Source: Nitrososphaeraceae archaeon (GTDB lineage Archaea; Thermoproteota; Nitrososphaeria; Nitrososphaerales; Nitrososphaeraceae). Taken from it: a stretch of 64,000 nt of DNA. Shown here in pieces: positions 55,937-64,000 of the stretch (position 1 is its first letter; the number at the start of each line of letters is the position of its first letter). Under the pieces are notes generated by a model. The model was not told the origin of the DNA. It ran no database searches and was given only the letters and a program-made list of their open reading frames with translations. The stretch lies in contig DATFEP010000014.1 in assembly GCA_035250975.1 (NCBI GenBank), forward strand, positions 44,646-108,645, in the 5' to 3' direction. The position numbers and the translations under genes were made by a program.

Positions 55937-56219
55937 TTAAAAAAGCTTCTAACTCTTTTTCTTTACCCATTTTAATGATATTGTTTAGTCATATTAGATT
56001 AATATTGATAATTTTTAACTTTATTTTTATTTAGAGCTAGATTATTAAATGATATTCAACTTCATCAAGAAAATAATGCTCAAATATTACTGATGTTATT
56101 AAAAATATAAAAATCTAACCTGATATTTATACCATCTGTTGGAATGAAGTCCATCTCGAATAAGACTAACATCTAATAATTTTTTCTTATATCTAATCTT
56201 ATATCTAAAATAGTATTTT

Positions 56220-59200
56220 CTATTGTTTTGCATTATTATTATTCATTATTTTATTAAAAACGCTTAATTCTTTTTCAGTTAATATGTCTGTTAAGTTAGC
56301 ATTTATTTTCAGAGATTTCTCATAATATAACTTGGCCTCATCAGTTTTACCCAGGTTATATAGGATGAATGCCATAGTACTTTGGAAAATGTCGTTATTA
56401 TCAGGATTAGATAAAGCTGCTTTTTCTATAACTGAAAGTGCTTCACCATATCTTTCCAATTCAGCTAAAGCAACGGCTTTCCCGTTTAGTGCACGAAGAT
56501 CTGATGGCCATATAGATAGGACTTTATCATAGTACTGTAGAGCTTCATCATATCTTTGTAGATGATCCAAAACACTGGCTTTGTTATATGTTGCACTAAC
56601 ATCTAATGGCTCAATAGCTAAAATTTTATCATAGTTCTCTAATGCTTCATCATATCTTTTGAGATCTTTTAAAACAAGGGCTTTGCCCTTTAGTGCAAAA
56701 ACATCCTGAAGATCTATAGCTAGGACTTTATCATAGTACTGTAGAGCTTCATCAAATTTTTGTAGACTTTGTAAAACAAGGGCTTTGCCCATTAGTACAC
56801 TAATACGTGTTGGATCTACAGCTAGTGCTTTATGATAGTACTGTAGAGCTTCATCATATCTTTGTAGATCATCTAAAATACTGGCTTTGTTAGAAAGTGC
56901 ATAAACATGTGTTGGATCTACAGCTAGGACTTTATCATAGTACTGTAGAGCTTCATCATATCTTTGTAGATTTTCTAAAACAACGGCTTTGCCATTTAGT
57001 ACACTAATATGTGTTGGATCTATATCTAATGCTTTATCATAGTACTGTAGAGCTTCATCATATCTTTTTAAATGTTGTAAAGCACTGGCTTTGTTATACA
57101 ATGCACTATCATATTTTGGATCAATAGCTAGTGCTTTATCGTAATACTCTAATGCTTCATCATATCTTTGCAGATCTTTTAAAACAACGGCTTTGCCATT
57201 TAGTACACTAGTATGTGTTGGATCTATATCTAATGCTTTATCATAGTACTGTAGAGCTTCATCATATTTTTTTAGCTCTTGTAAAACAACGGCTTTATTA
57301 TACAATGTAGTAACACGTAATGGCTCAATAGCTAAAATTTTGTCATAGTACTCTATAGCTTCATCATATCTTTGCAAATTTTTTAAAGCAAGGGCTTTCC
57401 CATTTAGGATACTGATATCCAATAGATCTATGGCTAGGGCTTTATCATAGTACTCTACAGCTTCATCATATCTCTTTAAATCTGATAAAGCATTGGCTTT
57501 GCCGTTTAGTGCACTAACATCTGATGGTTCTATAGATAGCACTTTATCAAAGTACTCTACAGCTTCATCATATCTCTTTAAATCTTGTAAAAGAGTGGCT
57601 TTATCAATGAGTATCCTAACATCCAATGGTTCTATTGCAAGTACTTTATCATAGTACTGTAGAGCTTCATCATATCTTTGCAAATTTTTTAAAGCATATC
57701 CTTTATCATTTAGTGCACGAGCATTTGATGGTTCTATCGCTAAAATTTTGTCAAAGTACTCTATAGCCTCATCATATTTTTTTAGATCTAGTAAAACAGT
57801 GGCTTTGTTACCCAGTGCATTAAGATATTTTGGATCTATAGATAATATCTTATCAAAGTACTCTATAGCTTCGTCATTTCTTTGCAGATTTTTTAAAACA
57901 GTGGCTTTATCATTTAGGGCATTAACATTTGATGGCTCGATAGCTAAAATTTTGTCAAAGTACTCTATAGCCTCATCATATTTTTTTAGATCTAGTAAAA
58001 CAGTGGCTTTGTTGCCTAATGCATAAATATGTAAAGGCTCTATTTTAAGTACTTTATCATAGTACTCTATAGCCTCATCATATCTTTGCAGGTTTTTTAA
58101 AACAAATCCTTTATCATTTAATGCATAAATATTTGAAGGCTCTATCGCTAAAATTTTATCATAGTTCTCTAAGGCTTCATCATATCTTTTCAGATCTAGT
58201 AAAACATGGGCTTTGTTACCCAGTGCATTAAGATGTTTTGGATCTATAGATAATATCTTATCATAGTTCTCTAAGGCTTCATCATATCTTTTCAAATCTT
58301 TTAAAGCAACGGCTTTATCATTTAGTGCATTAACATTTGAAGGCTCTATTTTAAGTACTTCGTCATAAAACTCTATAGCCTCATCATACCTTTGCAGATT
58401 TTTTAAAATATATCCTTTATCATTTAATGCATTAACATTTGTTGGTTCTATAGCAAGGATTTTATCATAGTTCTCTAAGGCTTCATCATATCTTTGTAAG
58501 AAACCGAAGATAATGGCTCTGTTATGTAATGCATAAATATGTGAAGGCTCTATCGCTAGGACTTTATCAAAGTACTCTATAGCCTCATCATATCTTTGCA
58601 GATTTTTTAAAATATATCCTTTATCATTTAGTGCATAAATATTTGAAGGCTCTATTGAAAGTACTTCGTCATAAAACTCTATAGCCTCATCATATTTTTG
58701 CTGTTCATTAAAAACCATTGCTTTGTTATATAGTGCAAGAACATATGTTGGCTCTATCGCTAGGACTTTATCAAAGTACTCTATAGCCTCATCATATTTT
58801 TTTAGCTCTTGTAAGACTAAACCTTTATTATTTAGTGCATAAATATGTGAAGGCTCTATTTTAAGTACTTTATCAAAGTACTCTATAGCCTCATCATATC
58901 TTTGCAGGTTTTTTAAAGCAAGACCTATGCCATTCAAGGCATTGATATATGTTGGCTCTATCGCTAGGACTTTACCATAGTACTCTATAGCTTCGATATA
59001 TCTTTGTAGATTCTGTAAAATATTGGCTTTGTTATAAAGTGAATTAACATATGTTGGCTCTATCGCTAGGACTTTATCATAATACTCTATAGCTTCATCA
59101 TATCTTTGTAGATTCTGTAAATAAATACCTTTATCATTTAGTGCATTAACATTTGAAGGATCCAGTACAAGTACTTTATCAATATACTCTATAGCTTCAT

Positions 59201-59424
59201 CATATTTTTGTTGCTCATAAAATAGAAGCTTTGTGATGAAATGTGCCTATGTCTGTTAAATTTATTATTGATGATGCATTTTGAGATTCACCAAAAGTAG
59301 GAAGAAATAGGTAAAAAGATAACGAAAAAAAAAAAATAAAAATCATATTAAAAAAATAAAAATAATTGATTTTTGTTAATGATACAGTAGTGGATGGACC
59401 TGTTTTAAGAATAATCAAATACAA
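56220..59424 (-). pseudogene. large secreted TPR-array protein (about 28 repeats) split by a frameshift near 59220; downstream ORF 56220-58937 intact
   Basis: 59215-59424 encodes a signal peptide ending HHKASIL*; the next frame reads YEQQKYDEAIEY... without a stop into the 905-aa TPR ORF; 102-bp repeat periodicity. Confidence 0.8.
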
Positions 59425-59548
59425 TTACATTATAATTCTAACACTATAAAAATATTTAACAGTCATTCTGGTTTATTATTTTAAATTACTTTGGATTTGT
59501 ATAAATATTTTGTAATCATTGATTTATATAGTAGAGATTATATTTTTT

Positions 59549-59870
59549 ATGATCAGAAAAAAAATGATGAAGCAATACAATACTAGAACAAGGCTTTAGA
59601 AATAGATTCTAATTTCACTGATTCTATAAATGGAAAAACCTATACTTTAGCTAAAATGGGAAAATATAACAAAACATTTTCAGTTATAGAAAAAGTAGTC
59701 AATGATGAATATTTGTCAAGTACTATGGCTTTATTCTATATAATTTAGGGAAAATCGATGGTGCTAGATCGCAGTAAGACAAATCTCTAAAAATAAATGT
59801 GAATTTGACTACGATACGAACACCAAAAGATTTAACTGTATTTAATAAACTAATGAATAATGCAAAATAA
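59549..59870 (+). pseudogene. inverted degenerate paralog of the TPR protein C-terminus
   Basis: fragments NDEAIQY*NKALEID, STMA..LYNLGKID, KSLKINVNLT..FNKLMNNAK* match the C-terminus of 56220-58937. Confidence 0.75.
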
Positions 59871-60417
59871 GATTCAGTATCTTGACCTCATTTAATTTGA
59901 GGCACAAATTGTTAAGAAATCAACTAAATTGAATATGTATTGGAGACTATCTACAAATCATAGTATAAACAAAAGATTCAGAAATACAAAAGAGCTCATG
60001 AAGTAGGTTGTTTGCCTCTTCACATATCATCGTAATTTATAACATTGTTTATTTCTAAAATCTAGCATTTCAAAATTTAAGATGTAAAAAACATTCAATC
60101 TTATAACAAGCAAAGCATTTAATGTAATTCTAGAAAAGATATTTCGAAGTACAGGAAAGAATTCAAAAAGAAAATTCTGTGATGCAGAGAGAAATTTTTC
60201 ATTTATTTTTATAAGTAAAAATGTTTCAGAATTAATCAGCAAGCATATTTTTTCTTTAGCACATTTTAAGTTAATCTTCTTGACTTTTCTACCTGTATTT
60301 TACTGTGAATATTTATTCTATGTTTTCAATTCTGACTAAAAGGAAAATAAAATTTCAGAAATTTAGGCACATATGTCTTAATATAACTTTATATTTAATA
60401 AGTTAACCAATATTACA

Positions 60418-60753
60418 GTGCTTAAAGGAAAATTACTAAATTTGGTATTTAATATATTTATTATTTTTAGTACCTTTATGTTAGTAAATACCATACCGTA
60501 TGTATTAGGACAAGCAAGTACTGCAGACCATGAAACAATGCAGAAAATCCAAGAATTGGCAATTCGGATTCAACAAACGTTCGATCAATTACCACCAGAA
60601 CAACAAGAAATAGCAATACCACTTTTACAAAAAATGATGCAAAATGTTTTTACGGAATCTTCTCCACAACAACAAGAATTGATCATTCAAAAGTTGAATC
60701 AAATATTCCCACCCCAATTTGTAGAAAAATTATTGCCACCTGGCTATAAGTAA
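60418..60753 (+). CDS. small secreted Gln-rich helical protein
   Basis: hydrophobic leader; LPPEQQE / SSPQQQE repeats. Confidence 0.7.
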   Translation: MLKGKLLNLVFNIFIIFSTFMLVNTIPYVLGQASTADHETMQKIQELAIRIQQTFDQLPPEQQEIAIPLLQKMMQNVFTESSPQQQELIIQKLNQIFPPQFVEKLLPPGYK

Positions 60754-61278
60754 AATACTTTACCAGTACCTGAGAACCCCATCGAAACTGCTCCTTGAGC
60801 TCCTTATATTATATTTCTTCTGATTTTGGTAGATCAGTAATTATGTAAGATTTTAATTTTCGTACAAAAAAAGCTTTAATATGTAATATAACCCCCAATA
60901 TTAGAAACAATGAGTCGACAGGAAGGTTAATAATCATATGATCTAACTAACTAAAGACACAAAAAGTATTATCTATTTAAAAATTACTATACTTAATTAC
61001 GTTTTTTTAATCTGTTTTTAGAAAATTAATTTCTATTCTTTTATTAAGGATTTATGCATATTAATAGATAAACAATCTCTAAGAATCTATTATCGAGTAA
61101 CTAGTAATAGTATTTGCAAATAAATTTCTGTCTTAAAATATAATTAAATTGCCTATTAAAGTATCAACATAGATTTTTTGTTATGATATAACTAAAAACA
61201 AAAAATAATTGTCAGTATTGCAATGGTGCTTTATCAATGGATATATTTAAAGATTAGATATATCTAGAATGAGTTGAT

Positions 61279-62655
61279 TTGTCCGAAAAACCAACAAACT
61301 ATTATACAGCATTATGTTTTGTTGATATGCCATTTGGTAAAAAGATAGATCCCATCAGTGCTGTTGAGATTGATTTTGATCATATATATGAATCAGCTAT
61401 CAAACCAGCAATAGAAGATGCAGGCTTAGAAGCGTTAAGAGGTGATGAAGAAAAAACTGGTGGTATTATTCATACTGCAATGTTTGCTCGGCTTATACTT
61501 GCAGAATTTGTTGTTGCAGATTTAACTCTGGCCAATGCAAATGTGTTTTATGAACTTGGGATTCGTCATGCAGCAAAGCCTTATACCACGGTATCAATTT
61601 ATGCAAATTCCCATCAATTACCTTTTGACGTTACTATGATACGGTCTATTAACTACAAATTAGAGAATGGACGACTAAGTGATAATGAAATAGAGAAGCT
61701 AAGAAAAGAAATAGGAAAGAGACTCACGGAACCAATGCAAGGACAAGCAACAAAAGATAGTCCTTTATTTCAGCTAATTCCTCAATTTCCCGGAATCGAC
61801 TTACCGAATGAAGTAACAGATGCCTTCAAGGATCGAATAAAACATGAAAAGAAATTCCAAGAAAAATTAGACAATGCAAAAAACAACAAGAATTCAAAAG
61901 AGCAAAAGCGTAATGCTCTTTTACAAATTCAACAAGATTTGGGAAATTTAAAAAGGGTTCAACGTAATGTGTTGGTAGATCTTATGTTTTCATTTCGTTC
62001 TGTAGAGTGTTTCGACGAAATGGCACAACTTTGTGAAGAATTTCCTGATAGTCTTAAGAATACCGATATAGTTCGCCAACAATGGGCTTTTGCATTAAAC
62101 AGAAGTATAGACAACCAGCCAAGTAATAGACAAAAGGCTATTTCAATTCTTAAAGACCTGATAAAAGAACATGGTCCTGACCCAGAAACTTTTGGTATTA
62201 TGGGGCGTGTGCACAAAGATCGATATAAGGAATACAAAGAAAAGAAAGACATTCGTGCATCTTCAGCCCTAGATGATGCAATAGACGCATATACAAAAGG
62301 ATTCATGTCCGATCCTCGTAATTATTATCCTGGTATAAACGCTATAACATTACTTATGGAAAAAGGAGATGATGAATCATTTAAAAATGCCAAAGAATTA
62401 ATTCCGTTGGTAAGTTTTGCAGTATCTCGTGTTGGAGGTATCAGTTCTAGTAATTATTGGGATGTAGCAACTATTCTTGAATTATCTTGCATTAACAATG
62501 ACTGGACCATGGCAAAACGTGTACTTCCTAAAGTACTCGATTTGGGTAAAGAATCTTGGATGCTCAAGACTACTTCTGCCAATCTAAATATGCTAAAAAA
62601 AGCTACATCCAGCCAAGACCTAGATGAAATTATAAGATATTTGGACCAAATCTAA
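61279..62655 (+). CDS. DUF4071/MAP3K TRAFs-binding family protein, second paralog
   Basis: CFVDMPFG, RGDEEKTGGIIH, ADLTLANANVFYELGIRHA, QQWAFALNR, ETFGIMGRVHKD, YPGINAITL, NYWDVAT. Confidence 0.88.
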   Translation: MSEKPTNYYTALCFVDMPFGKKIDPISAVEIDFDHIYESAIKPAIEDAGLEALRGDEEKTGGIIHTAMFARLILAEFVVADLTLANANVFYELGIRHAAKPYTTVSIYANSHQLPFDVTMIRSINYKLENGRLSDNEIEKLRKEIGKRLTEPMQGQATKDSPLFQLIPQFPGIDLPNEVTDAFKDRIKHEKKFQEKLDNAKNNKNSKEQKRNALLQIQQDLGNLKRVQRNVLVDLMFSFRSVECFDEMAQLCEEFPDSLKNTDIVRQQWAFALNRSIDNQPSNRQKAISILKDLIKEHGPDPETFGIMGRVHKDRYKEYKEKKDIRASSALDDAIDAYTKGFMSDPRNYYPGINAITLLMEKGDDESFKNAKELIPLVSFAVSRVGGISSSNYWDVATILELSCINNDWTMAKRVLPKVLDLGKESWMLKTTSANLNMLKKATSSQDLDEIIRYLDQI

Positions 62656-63449
62656 ATAAAAAGAGAATTGAGAAAAGATATAGAAAATCTAGTGAAAACA
62701 TTAAACCAAAAGAGTTTTGACTCAATTTCGGCTTTTCCATCCTTTTGGGGAAAAGGTAAGTATATGATCATTTATTACAATTTTGGCAAATATAATAGTG
62801 GGACACCACTAAAGAAAATAAATTTAACATTTTAATATCTTTTTACCAAATAGGAACAAATATTGTCTAATCGTTAAGACATATCGTTAATAAATGAATT
62901 ATAAATATTTTCATGATGGATATGAGATAATAAAGCTAAAAAGTTCCTGACAATTGAATGTTGATTTCATATTTAGCAATTTAATTATGACGTCAATATA
63001 AAAAATTGTTTATTTATATTTTATAGTTTATGTAGAGATTTTTTGGTTTATATCTAAAAGAATGATCAATCTCCAGAATTCAACATATATGATAAATATG
63101 TGTATATATATAGGCGAAACTTAATTTGTGATTTTTAAAAATATGGAAATTTAAAGTAGCTATAAAAATTATAAAGATAGAAAAAAATAAATTTAAAAGA
63201 AAAACTAATTGTAGGTCACAATTCAAATTAACAAGAATCTGTCACCAAAGAAAAAATTGAAGAAAAAGTCTATATAAAAAGTTTTATAAAAATATGAAAG
63301 GAGTATCTAATAATAATCAATCTTTTAGGATTGTCATGTATCTATTATTGAAGATAGATAGTGTTTTTATAACATTTGTATGTATGCCATTTATAGAAGA
63401 AAATCATATTAACTATTTTAACCTCTATTCTTTTATTATAATATTGAAG

Positions 63450-64000
63450 ATGTCTACCATAAATATTGATCATTACATTAAATCCAGATTAGAAGAGCAA
63501 ATTAGTTGGTATGATCAAAAAGCAAATTATGATAAATTTAGATATCGAATATTTCAAATTATTGTTATAATAGCCAGTGCTCTAATCCCTCTCATTAATC
63601 TAACTTCTTCTGCTTTCACTTGGGCTCAACATGGTGCACTAATAACTTCTGCGATTTTAGGAAGTATCATCACCATAATAACTGCATTTGTAGCAATGGA
63701 AAAATATTATGAAACATGGATCCTATACCGAGCAACTGCAGAATCACTAAAACGAGAAAAATTTTTCTATGAAAATAATGCAAATTCATATCATAATCTA
63801 ATAAAGGAAGAGAAAGATAGAATATTAGTTGAAAGAGTTGAATTATTACTTTCTTTAGAGAACTCAAAGTTCTTTGCATTACAACAGCAACAACCAGAGC
63901 AACAGCAACAACCAGAGCAACAGCAACAACCAGAGCAACAGCAACAACCAGAGCAACAGCAACAACCAGAGCAACAGCAAAAACCAGAGCAACAGCAACA
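63450..64000 (+). CDS. SLATT-domain (DUF4231) two-TM protein, 3'-truncated by the window end
   Basis: absent from the ORF track; YIKSRLEEQISWYDQKA..FQIIVIIASALIPLI..LGSIITIITAF..YETWILYRATAESLKREKFFY..LVERVE. Confidence 0.88.
   Translation, partial: MSTINIDHYIKSRLEEQISWYDQKANYDKFRYRIFQIIVIIASALIPLINLTSSAFTWAQHGALITSAILGSIITIITAFVAMEKYYETWILYRATAESLKREKFFYENNANSYHNLIKEEKDRILVERVELLLSLENSKFFALQQQQPEQQQQPEQQQQPEQQQQPEQQQQPEQQQKPEQQQ
63882..64000 (+). repeat. 18-bp tandem repeat (CAACAGCAACAACCAGAG)n encoding QQQQPE
   Basis: at least 6.5 copies, one variant (QQQKPE), continues past the window edge. Confidence 0.95.

Noticed and set aside
56220-59220. Regular ~102-bp periodicity as a possible CRISPR array
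   Set aside because: Units are in-frame 34-codon TPRs with no repeat/unique-spacer structure, and no cas genes are present
59325-59336. Homopolymer tract (about 11-12 T on the coding strand) as a phase-variation switch restoring the TPR gene
   Set aside because: Shifting frame at the tract meets TAA/TAG stops before the TPRs; the lesion lies near 59220 instead
47313-59424. Diversity-generating retroelement as the source of repeat hypervariability
   Set aside because: No reverse transcriptase and no template/variable repeat pair with adenine-specific differences were seen; repeat shuffling explains the pattern
62656-62835. Open frame continuing after the DUF4071 stop (possible readthrough)
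   Set aside because: The protein already matches its paralog in length and the extension has no recognisable motif

Overview
AT-rich (roughly 30% GC by eye) archaeal chromosomal segment. Exosome csl4, UPF0147, archaemetzincin, a CopC-CopD-propeller fusion, a cupredoxin and many small secreted proteins point to an ammonia-oxidising archaeon of the Nitrososphaeraceae (Nitrosocosmicus-like; inferred). 1-16 kb is mostly housekeeping. 16-45 kb is an accessory zone of surface, copper and sulfatase genes with pseudogenes and IS5/IS6 remnants. 45.9-64 kb is a candidate innate-immunity/conflict island. It holds a TIR-SIR2 gene overlapping a membrane-anchored STAND ATPase with a predicted extracellular, recently expanded YVTN beta-propeller; a Toll-like TIR-TM-TPR protein; a frameshifted secreted array of about 28 hypervariable TPRs; two DUF4071 (deoxyribohydrolase-like + TPR) paralogs; and a SLATT (DUF4231) membrane protein that runs off the window end. 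No rRNA, tRNA or CRISPR array was recognised. All domain calls come from motifs recognised by eye; no database searches were run.
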